Assembly (NCBI GenBank): GCA_963707485.1
Contig: CAVPQS010000046.1
Location: 2,434 to 66,433, forward strand
Origin: an uncultured bacterium
GTDB taxonomy: Bacteria; Zixibacteria; MSB-5A5; CAIYYT01
Reading direction: 5' to 3'
DNA length: 64,000 bases
The notes beneath the pieces were generated by a model, which was not told the DNA's origin, made no database searches, and worked only from the letters and a program-made list of their open reading frames with translations. Both the position numbers and the translations under genes were made by a program. Below are positions 47,598 to 55,992 of this stretch, in pieces. Every line of letters begins with the position of its first letter. Position 1 is the stretch's first letter.

Positions 47598-47622
47598 TCA
47601 TTTGGTCAAATCGCCAAATGTT
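47598..47622. promoter_or_regulatory. Inverted repeat (CATTTGG-N9-CCAAATG, with an inner CATTTG-GT-CAAATG) in the arsR-arsP intergenic region. Candidate ArsR operator.
   Basis: The inverted repeat is seen directly in the sequence. It sits between the arsR stop (47640) and the arsP start (47566). Confidence 0.25.
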
Positions 47623-47639
47623 TTCGCAAAAAAACACGA

Positions 47640-47960
47640 TCATTTGACCAGTTGCATCTGGTCGCGGGCGGATGATTTGAGCACGCCTTCCACGCAGCCA
47701 AAGAAGTTGAGAATGCAGGGAACGCGCAGCGTATAGAAGACCTGCGCGCCGCGTTTGTCAATCGAGACGATTCCGGCGTTTTTGAGAATCGACAGATGTT
47801 TCGAGACAGTCGAAGTATCGGCTCCGATCATTTCGGTCATTTCGCAGACGCAGAGTTCTTTGCGCGAGAGCTGGTCGACGATAAAGAGCCGTGTGGGGTG
47901 CGCCATGGCTTTGACGACTTTGGCGCGGGCTTCGAAGAGCGCTTGTGTTTTCTTGTCCAT
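47640..47960 (-). CDS. arsR: ArsR/SmtB-family metalloregulator (second copy).
   Basis: It has the ELCVCEM motif and an HTH (MIGADTSTVSKHLSILKNAGIV). Confidence 0.8.
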   Translation of the reverse strand: MDKKTQALFEARAKVVKAMAHPTRLFIVDQLSRKELCVCEMTEMIGADTSTVSKHLSILKNAGIVSIDKRGAQVFYTLRVPCILNFFGCVEGVLKSSARDQMQLVK

Positions 47961-48076
47961 CAATATTGCTTCCGATACCAATATCGGTCATTTGGCAAAA
48001 TAGCCAAGGACTTTCTTTTATCGGAGGCTTTATTTTTATTTGAGGTTGAGGAGATAGATCGTGTTAACCAACAGGG

Positions 48077-51000
48077 CTACATCGCTTTACGCAATTTGTC
48101 ATACTGGTCGAGAATTCTAAAGGCAATCCCTTTGCCGCCGAACATATCCTCGTCCGCACCGCCACCTTTGAAAGTGGACAGGATGTATTCGACGTCGTCG
48201 CGCTCGATTTCGTAAAGAATGAAGTATGCAGCATCAAGTTCAGCCATAAGGTCCGCTCGTTCGCGTTCGTTCCATTTGTGTACGGGCGGATCAAAGCCGG
48301 CGGCTTCCGCCAATGGGATCATGTCATTGGCAGTGCAGGTGAGTTTCAGGACGCGGTCGGAAATCCAATTTTCGAGCTTGAGTTTGCGATTCCAAGGGCA
48401 TGGCTGCTGGTACCTGTCAGGTGTTAGAATTGGAAATTGCTCGAAAATGAAGAAATTCAGACTAATGCTCCCAATTTTTTGTCTCGCAACATAGTCGAGA
48501 GGCAACGAATACAAGTTCGCTTGAAAACAACACTGGAGCCGCACAGCAGTCGACTGGTCAAATTGGATGATCGGCAACTTGTTCAGCACACCCGAAATAG
48601 GAATGAATGTTGGTAGCACAGTTCTTCGGTCCGTTGTTCGAGTCACATCCCGAAAAGATAGAAAAGCAGGTTGAAGTTTTCCGCCCAATCGATTTGCAAT
48701 CACGCTTTCTTCAGCCCACCACCGAGGTTGTACAAGGTATTCGGGGTTCTCATGCTGCGAGACATTCGTTTCATGTGTCTGGCCTTGGTTCATCCAGTTC
48801 TCCACCTTGATGAAAACACTGCCGAACCGATGATCGTACGGTCTCATCATCTTCGCTTCATAGAGTGGTAAGTACCGGCTTTTCCCCCTGAGCCAATGAT
48901 TGCCCTTGAGCTTGAAGCCATCAGCCTTCAACTTTTCGCCGGTGACAAAATGTTCGGCATCATTAGTCTGATGAAACATGGTGAAGAAGCGGATGCCCCA
49001 AGGATTGCCCCCTTCCTCGCGGCCGTGGTCGATCAGAATCGGAACCCGGCGATAGATTGCCTTAGTGATTTCAGCATCGCGGTTTGAACGGAAAATGGGG
49101 CAAGTGCGTGTGTTTGGATTCAGTAGTTTAATGTCGTCGGGAGTAAGCGCAATGTGCTTCGAGGAGTCGGCGAGATCTTCGATGCGATGTGCAAAGAAGA
49201 CGAAGTCTGATTCCGAGACTGAGGTATTCGAACCGCCAAAAATGAGGATTGAAAACTTGAACGAACGATGAACATCCTGAAATATGGGCAACTTGTTCTC
49301 AAAGTCATATAGTCCGATAAGTGACTTAGTATCGACAATAGTAGCAAAGAAATCTTTGGTGGTGTTGTCGGTCGCGATGCCGGAGGGTACGAGCAGACCA
49401 ACACGGCCGGTGCCGCTCACAATGGAATGAGCGAGTTCGGCGAAGATGGCGTAGGTGTTGATATCGCCCCTACCGGTCAAGGGAAAGCGCTCTGAGTTGC
49501 GAATATAGGCCAAATTACGTTCGGCAACTGACTTGGCGGCCTGATACCGATCATGAACTTCGGGATTGGTCTGTTCCAATTGTTCGATAAGGCGGCGGCG
49601 CGTCGCGGCATCAACGGCGGAAGCAATGTCCGGACTGATTGAATCGAAGTATTCACGTTCCTGAAGTTTCATGCGTTCCCAGGGTGGGTTGCCGATCACG
49701 CAGTCAAAGCCGGGATCTTTGCGATCAAAAACATCCGGAAATTGCAGCTTCCAGTCAAAAGCTGCTGCATCGACCTGCGGATCAGAAACCAGGCTGTTTC
49801 CATGTACGACGTTTTTGGATAGGTCCGCGAGTGTTTTGCCGGGGCGCGCCGAACGAATCCACAATGCCAATTGCGAGATTTCGACGGCTTCTTTCGACAG
49901 GTCGACGCCATGAATATTGTCGTGGAGGATGAAGTCAGAGATCTGCCCGCCCAGGTCGTTGTTGTTGGACCCTTCATGGAACGTGATCAAATCGATGATG
50001 CCGGTGTAAAGATCCTCAAGTAAGTCATATGCCGCGATCAAGAATGCACCTGACCCGCAAGCCGGATCGACAATCTTGAGATCACGCAAAGCGGCAAGGC
50101 AATGGCGGCCATAGTTGGCCAGTAATGGTTCTCGATCGGAAATGCGAATCTTGTCCTGATCCACGCCGAGTTGTTTCGCAACGAGGGCAGTTCTCTGCTG
50201 AAAGACCGGGAGTATTGTCGCTTTCACGATATAATCGGTAAATTCGGGAGGCGTATAGTAGATGCCCTGGCGTTTGCGTTCGGGAGACTTTGCCATTTTC
50301 GCTTTTGCGTCGTGAATGACAGTCGTCCCCAGCAAACCGCCGAGCTTTATTACTTCGATATCTTTCACCGACTTCTCGAACAGACGGCCAAGAACTTCAA
50401 CGCTTACTTCGTCGCGAAAGTCGTACGATGCGATTGTCTCGAAAAAGTCCGTCCAGGTGTCTTCGAGTTGGAGATTGTCGACCTCCTCGTCACTGCGATA
50501 TAGTCCGCCATTAAACGCAGGAATCTGAGCCTGTTCGTGCCCCTTGTCGATACTCTGGAAAAGTTCGAGGAAATTTTGCCACTGGGGATTAGTAACGCGC
50601 GAGTAAGGGCTTTTGTGTTTGCGTGCCCGAATAATTGATTCAGCCGGAATCAACTCACGATCCTCGCAGAACGCGATGAAAATAATCCGGTCGAGCAGCA
50701 GTTGGGCAATTCGTAGCGCCGACTCATGTGATTTTTTGTACTTGGGACCGGAAAGATGGAGGATGAGATCACGGCGGTGATTGTCGTACTGCAGATACAA
50801 ATCGTCTTCAACCTCGCGTTGGCGATCACCTGTCTCCTTGAGCAAGCGCGCGGCTCGCGATTCGCGACTATCCAGAGACAGCAAGCCGTCGCGCTGAAAC
50901 AAATAGTAGAATTTCGCAAAGTTTTCGGCGTTCTTTAGATCCTTGAGCGCGAAGAGTTCAAAGGACTGCCAAGATTTGTTTCTATGATAGAGTCGGAAAC

Positions 51001-51556
51001 TAACGATGTTGGAAACGATACCCCACTCACAGCCTTCAAGGGAAGCCAGATAATCGCGACACTGCTGGACGGCCGTGCGACCAGACGAGCGATCGCGGTC
51101 GAGATTTACTTTGGGGCCCTTTATTTCAACGGCCACTAATGGTTGCGGCTTGAAATTAGCGCGAAAAATCCCCAGTACGGCGTCGACAATACCACCGCTT
51201 ACTGGAAACTTTGGTTCGATGTACCATTCTTCTTGGTTTGCACTAAGCGGCGTGTAACCCAGAGCTTGCTGGAATACTTCGCCGAAGAAATCGACTTCAA
51301 GTGTGGTTTCCTTTTTTCGTTCGAGCTTTTTGCTTTCTTCGAGATCCGCCCATTTGCAGATAATTCGATACGCGCTCTGATAGGCCTCGTCCTTGAATTT
51401 AGTCTGAAGCGAAGCTTTATGCAGCAAGCGCCGGATAAATAGATTTTGGCGATGTCTATCCGCACCGTAGCGAATCGGATCGTCTTTCTCGAATATGTCA
51501 CCGTTTGTTAGCTTCAAAGTCTCACCTTTGGTCAAGATCAACCCATGGAACGGCAA
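48077..51556 (-). CDS. Type IIG (MmeI-like) restriction-modification enzyme, 1159 aa. It carries an N-terminal PD-(D/E)xK nuclease, a gamma-class N6-adenine methyltransferase and a C-terminal target-recognition region.
   Basis: It has a PD-ExK-like motif (IVDAVLG ... LVAVEIKGP), AdoMet motif I (VDPACGSGAFLIAAYDLL) and catalytic motif IV (VIGNPPWERMKL). The local GC content looks lower than in flanking genes. Confidence 0.65.
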   Translation of the reverse strand: MPFHGLILTKGETLKLTNGDIFEKDDPIRYGADRHRQNLFIRRLLHKASLQTKFKDEAYQSAYRIICKWADLEESKKLERKKETTLEVDFFGEVFQQALGYTPLSANQEEWYIEPKFPVSGGIVDAVLGIFRANFKPQPLVAVEIKGPKVNLDRDRSSGRTAVQQCRDYLASLEGCEWGIVSNIVSFRLYHRNKSWQSFELFALKDLKNAENFAKFYYLFQRDGLLSLDSRESRAARLLKETGDRQREVEDDLYLQYDNHRRDLILHLSGPKYKKSHESALRIAQLLLDRIIFIAFCEDRELIPAESIIRARKHKSPYSRVTNPQWQNFLELFQSIDKGHEQAQIPAFNGGLYRSDEEVDNLQLEDTWTDFFETIASYDFRDEVSVEVLGRLFEKSVKDIEVIKLGGLLGTTVIHDAKAKMAKSPERKRQGIYYTPPEFTDYIVKATILPVFQQRTALVAKQLGVDQDKIRISDREPLLANYGRHCLAALRDLKIVDPACGSGAFLIAAYDLLEDLYTGIIDLITFHEGSNNNDLGGQISDFILHDNIHGVDLSKEAVEISQLALWIRSARPGKTLADLSKNVVHGNSLVSDPQVDAAAFDWKLQFPDVFDRKDPGFDCVIGNPPWERMKLQEREYFDSISPDIASAVDAATRRRLIEQLEQTNPEVHDRYQAAKSVAERNLAYIRNSERFPLTGRGDINTYAIFAELAHSIVSGTGRVGLLVPSGIATDNTTKDFFATIVDTKSLIGLYDFENKLPIFQDVHRSFKFSILIFGGSNTSVSESDFVFFAHRIEDLADSSKHIALTPDDIKLLNPNTRTCPIFRSNRDAEITKAIYRRVPILIDHGREEGGNPWGIRFFTMFHQTNDAEHFVTGEKLKADGFKLKGNHWLRGKSRYLPLYEAKMMRPYDHRFGSVFIKVENWMNQGQTHETNVSQHENPEYLVQPRWWAEESVIANRLGGKLQPAFLSFRDVTRTTDRRTVLPTFIPISGVLNKLPIIQFDQSTAVRLQCCFQANLYSLPLDYVARQKIGSISLNFFIFEQFPILTPDRYQQPCPWNRKLKLENWISDRVLKLTCTANDMIPLAEAAGFDPPVHKWNERERADLMAELDAAYFILYEIERDDVEYILSTFKGGGADEDMFGGKGIAFRILDQYDKLRKAM

Positions 51557-51575
51557 TTTGCGTTCGAAATCAATC

Positions 51576-52130
51576 TCAATTTGGCGCGTTTATCAACGGC
51601 TTGGTCATTATCACGCTGCGGTAGTTGGTGACATCCCATTGGTGGTAGCCGACGAAGCGGTAGCCGATGCGCGTGTACCAGTCGATCAGTTGGATTGCCG
51701 GCTCGGCGGTGTCGAGAGCAAGTTCGCGCATTCCTCGTGATCGCGCGAAGTCCTCGGCGCGGGACATCAAGCGAGCGGCGATTCCGAGTCTTTGCAGAGT
51801 TGGTTCGACGGCCAACTGACCGACATGGGCGACGCCTTTCTTTTTATAGTAGTCGCAGCCATAGCGCCGGCCGGGAGCATAGTAGGTTATCGTGCCGACG
51901 ATCTTTCCATCGAGTTCGGCCACAAAGCAGGTTCCGATCGAGACGCGACTTTTGGTGGTGTCGACATCCTGATACGTTGCCAGGAATCGCAGTCCCATGT
52001 CAGCCAGCACCCGATAGGCGCGATGCAGAAGCTCGGTCAAGTCTTCGAAGGAGTCATCCGCCCCGAGCGTGCGAATGAGCAAACGATTATTGAGCGGCAT
52101 GGTCATGAGCACAATTTGGGAAACCAGCAA
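51576..52130 (-). CDS. GNAT-family N-acetyltransferase.
   Basis: It has an acetyl-CoA binding motif (VGQLAVEPTLQRLGIAARLM). Confidence 0.7.
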   Translation of the reverse strand: MLVSQIVLMTMPLNNRLLIRTLGADDSFEDLTELLHRAYRVLADMGLRFLATYQDVDTTKSRVSIGTCFVAELDGKIVGTITYYAPGRRYGCDYYKKKGVAHVGQLAVEPTLQRLGIAARLMSRAEDFARSRGMRELALDTAEPAIQLIDWYTRIGYRFVGYHQWDVTNYRSVIMTKPLINAPN

Positions 52131-52304
52131 AAATTCCGCAAGCGAAAGTGGGAAGTCCTGGGCCGCGTTCTAACTATTACCGGGCCGCAGAACAAACTCA
52201 TTGTCGGGCGCAGGCTTGCGTATTATCTTGGCAACATCTTGAAAGCGAAATACTAAGCTAACTTAGCTGCACACGAAGACGCGCAGCTTGGCAAGGGAAT
52301 AAAC

Positions 52305-55300
52305 ATGCAAAGAAGACTCTACCCGACACTATTGCTGATCGCGCTGGCGCTGACTTGCGCGACGGCGTTCGGAGTGAACTATTCCGATCTTAAGGTCGAC
52401 CAGCAACTTGCCCAATTTCGGACTGAATGCGTTTACGAAAACGAAGCGAAAGCGACAATCGGGGCGCGGTTCCGGCACATACCGTCCGGATTCGTGGCGG
52501 ATCTGTTTACGATCCAGTCGGTTCCACAGGCTTTTATGTGGTTCAACACGCTGCCCCCATCCGATCAGGGCGAATCGCACACTTGCGAGCACCTGCTGCT
52601 CGGCAAAGGCACCAAGGGTCGTTATGTAGCCTCGATGGAGGATATGCTCCTCGGCGAAAGCTCGGCCTTCACCATGCAGTTGCAGACCTACTTCAGCTTC
52701 AACTGCGGGTCGGGGACGGACAACTTTTTCAAGTTGTTTGAAGCCAAATTGGATGCACTGGTGCATCCAAACTATTCCGATGAAGAGATCCGCCGCGAAG
52801 TTTGCCATGTCGGTTTGACGGAGGATCAAGCATCGGGCACAGTCGGACTTGAGGAAAAGGGCACCGTCTATAATGAGATGGTGCGCTCGTTCGAGAGTCC
52901 GTGGGGCGAGTTGATGCTGGAATTAGCACGCATGGTTTACGGACCTAATCATCCGTTGTCGTACGAGTCGGGCGGTTATCCGCCGGCAATCAGGACGATG
53001 ACGCCGGCTGATCTGCGGCGATTTCAGGAAGGCGCCTATCATATCAACAATATGGGCGCAGTGATTTCGATAGCGGATGACATCACCATCGAAAACTGTC
53101 TGGCAAAGTTATCGGAAATTCTCAACCGAATCGAACCGAATGCGACGGTTGCCAACGACCCGGCGAGCTTAAACGAGAGATTGCCGGCAAAGAACGCCGC
53201 CCCGATTGGAACCGTGAAGCTGGTAAGTTTCCCGGCACAGCTTGAAAGTGATCCGGGGCTTCTGGTCTACTCGTGGCCGGCAGACTTCGATATGAATAAT
53301 GACGATCGCTTCCTGCTTGAACTCTTCGTCGAAAATCTTTCCGGAGACCAGACCTCGTTGCTGTATCGCAGATTGATCGACTCGCAGACCCGATTGATGG
53401 ATGTCGGAGCGGCAGGAATCGGAAGTTGGGTAAGCAATGAGAAGGGCCAAGCGATTAATATCTACTTTGATGACATCAAGCGTGAGTCGTGCACTCCCGA
53501 GATGATCGACTCAGTACGAAGCATTATCTTGCGCGAGATCATGACGGTGGCAAGTTTTGCCGATGGTTCGGCGGAATTGACGACGTTTAATCAGCAAGCG
53601 TTGGAGCGCATAAGTTCACGTGAACGCGGTATGCGGACGTTCCTCAATTCACCCCCACGCTTTGGAGAGCGCAGTTCCGGCGCACAGTGGATGACGGCGG
53701 TGCAGCGGCTGCATAAGAGCGGCGGATTCAAGCGATCGTTGGCGTTTGCCGACGAAATTGCCTACGCACGACAGCAAGTATCAAACAGCAAGAATATTTG
53801 GCGCGACCTGGTGAGCCAATGGCGGCTTGTTGAGAATAGACCCTATGCGGTAGCGGCCGTCGCCAATCCACAAGTGATCGGAATTCAGCAAGCCGAACGA
53901 CAGGCGCGAATTGAGGCGTACGTCTCGGATTTGAAGACGCAATACGCAGTCAGTTCGGAACAGGAGGCGATTCAAAAATTCAAAACCGATTACGACACGG
54001 AGACTGCAAAGATCGATGCCGCTGCAGCGACGATTCAGATGCCGGGGTTTGTGACCAACCCTCCGATGACGCTGGACGATCCGCTCAAGTATGTTGTCGA
54101 TACGGTTGCCGGACAAGTGCCGGTGGTCGCATCGAAATTTGAAAATATCACTAATGCGACGACCGGGTTGGCTTTCAATCTCAACGTCATCCCTGAAGAT
54201 GAATTGCTCTATATCGCGGCACTGCCGACGCTGCTCACCGAAATCGGAATCGATAGCGACAGCGGAACCCTGACATTCGACCAGATGCAAGGCAGGTTGC
54301 GCTCGGAGATTTCTTCGCTGAACGCATACTTCAATGTAAACTATCGGACCGAGCGAGCGGAGCTTGTACTTCGAGCCGCCGGCAGCACACAGGCTGAGGG
54401 TGTCAAGGCGCTCGAGTGGATCGACAGTATATTATTCAACTCTTATATTGAACTGGAAAATCTGCCGCGAATTCGCGACGCCATCGATTACTCGCTCGCG
54501 GGATTGCGCAGCACGATGCGAGGGTCGGAGGAATTCTGGGTTGAGGGTCCTGCCGATTCCTACTGGCGCCAGAGCAATCCATTGCTGCTGGCGACGGATT
54601 GTTTCATGACGAAGGCTTTCAATCTGTATCGAGTGAAGTGGATGCTCAGGGATGCGGGCGATCCGAACAAGGCGGGAAGTTTCGTCAAGTTCCTCGAGGA
54701 CTTGGCCGCCAGAGGCGCTAACCTGAATCGAAAGCAGTTGGGCGAGCTTCTGGCCACGCTATCTGGGGATCAGAAATTCACTTGGTCGGCGGCGATTGTG
54801 GCCGACTTGACGGGAAAATATCTGATCGCGGATTCGCGCAACGCTGAATTGATTCAGGAAGTCTCGCGGGACTTGCAGCGCGTACTCAGCGATATACCCG
54901 ACACTTCACTGGCGACTGACTGGCAATTTCTCTGCTGGCAGACGGCGCGCGATGCCTCGATGGACGACCAGACGGCGCTTGCGCAAATACGCGGCGTTTT
55001 CGACAAGCTGCGGCACACGGATAATGTGCGTGTATTCATGATTTCCGGTTCGGCAACGAAGGAAGCTTTGATGCCACGGCTGGCCGGTATTGTCGGAAAA
55101 CTTGATCCACAACCGTCGGTTCGACAAAAATACAATAGCGGTGCACTGGTGACTAGCCGGTACAAAGAACGCACCGGGGACCCGAACTCGCCGATCTACG
55201 TCGGTCTCGTCAATGAGAACACCCGATCGGGAGTCATTGTCAATACTGCCGATTGCGCGAGTTTTACCAGTCACACGCAAGCGGGATTAATCGATTTTCT

Positions 55301-55886
55301 CGCGGCGCGTCTCTACGGCGGCGGCGGTGCGCACAGCATGTTCATGAAGACATGGGGGGCCGGTCTTGCCTATTCGAACGGATTGCGCAGCCGCGAGTCG
55401 ACGGGCCGAATTGTCTACTACGCGGAACGCTGTCCCGATTTGGCGCAGACTATGCAATTCGTTGTCGGCGAGCTGAAGAAGGCGCCGAACGATCCGGCGC
55501 TTGGCGATTACACGGTAGCTCAGGCGTTCAATGCCAACCGAGCTGCGACGACCTACGAAGCGCGCGGCGAGGCGATAGCGCGCGATCTTGCCGACGGCAA
55601 CACACCCGCAGTCGTCCGTGAGTTCCGCCAGGGGATTCTCGATCTGCATAAACAGCCGGATTTCTATAATCGCGTTCAAGGCAGAATGGAGCCGGTGTAT
55701 GGACTATTATTGCCCGACTACGGCCCAACGGCACAGGAGGCGGTGACAAAGAGCAATGCCGTGAATTTTGTCATTGGTCCGGAAAAGCAGTTTGAATCGT
55801 ATGAGCGATATTTGCAGAGCGTCGAACCGGGCGCGAAACTGATCCGCCTGTACCCGCGCGACTACTGGATGGTCAGTAAACAATAG
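52305..55886 (+). CDS. Very large secreted M16-family (inverzincin, PreP/M16C-like) metallopeptidase, 1193 aa.
   Basis: It has a signal peptide (LLLIALALTCATAFG). An HTCEHLLLG (HxxEH) motif sits about 95 aa from the N-terminus, with ...EKGTVYNEM further downstream. This matches M16 zinc ligand spacing. Confidence 0.65.
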   Translation: MQRRLYPTLLLIALALTCATAFGVNYSDLKVDQQLAQFRTECVYENEAKATIGARFRHIPSGFVADLFTIQSVPQAFMWFNTLPPSDQGESHTCEHLLLGKGTKGRYVASMEDMLLGESSAFTMQLQTYFSFNCGSGTDNFFKLFEAKLDALVHPNYSDEEIRREVCHVGLTEDQASGTVGLEEKGTVYNEMVRSFESPWGELMLELARMVYGPNHPLSYESGGYPPAIRTMTPADLRRFQEGAYHINNMGAVISIADDITIENCLAKLSEILNRIEPNATVANDPASLNERLPAKNAAPIGTVKLVSFPAQLESDPGLLVYSWPADFDMNNDDRFLLELFVENLSGDQTSLLYRRLIDSQTRLMDVGAAGIGSWVSNEKGQAINIYFDDIKRESCTPEMIDSVRSIILREIMTVASFADGSAELTTFNQQALERISSRERGMRTFLNSPPRFGERSSGAQWMTAVQRLHKSGGFKRSLAFADEIAYARQQVSNSKNIWRDLVSQWRLVENRPYAVAAVANPQVIGIQQAERQARIEAYVSDLKTQYAVSSEQEAIQKFKTDYDTETAKIDAAAATIQMPGFVTNPPMTLDDPLKYVVDTVAGQVPVVASKFENITNATTGLAFNLNVIPEDELLYIAALPTLLTEIGIDSDSGTLTFDQMQGRLRSEISSLNAYFNVNYRTERAELVLRAAGSTQAEGVKALEWIDSILFNSYIELENLPRIRDAIDYSLAGLRSTMRGSEEFWVEGPADSYWRQSNPLLLATDCFMTKAFNLYRVKWMLRDAGDPNKAGSFVKFLEDLAARGANLNRKQLGELLATLSGDQKFTWSAAIVADLTGKYLIADSRNAELIQEVSRDLQRVLSDIPDTSLATDWQFLCWQTARDASMDDQTALAQIRGVFDKLRHTDNVRVFMISGSATKEALMPRLAGIVGKLDPQPSVRQKYNSGALVTSRYKERTGDPNSPIYVGLVNENTRSGVIVNTADCASFTSHTQAGLIDFLAARLYGGGGAHSMFMKTWGAGLAYSNGLRSRESTGRIVYYAERCPDLAQTMQFVVGELKKAPNDPALGDYTVAQAFNANRAATTYEARGEAIARDLADGNTPAVVREFRQGILDLHKQPDFYNRVQGRMEPVYGLLLPDYGPTAQEAVTKSNAVNFVIGPEKQFESYERYLQSVEPGAKLIRLYPRDYWMVSKQ

Positions 55887-55937
55887 CGATCGCAAAACAT
55901 ATCCCATTGCACTTGGGACTCGACCGTTAGTAATAAG

Positions 55938-55976
55938 AAAGCCCTGTTGGTAATGACACCAACAGGGCTTTTGTTC
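55938..55976. terminator. Bidirectional rho-independent terminator hairpin between convergent genes.
   Basis: AAAGCCCTGTTGGT-aatgac-ACCAACAGGGCTTT is followed by TTTTGTT on the plus strand and is flanked by an A-rich tract on the other side. Confidence 0.45.
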
Positions 55977-55992
55977 CATGCCTCATTTATTC

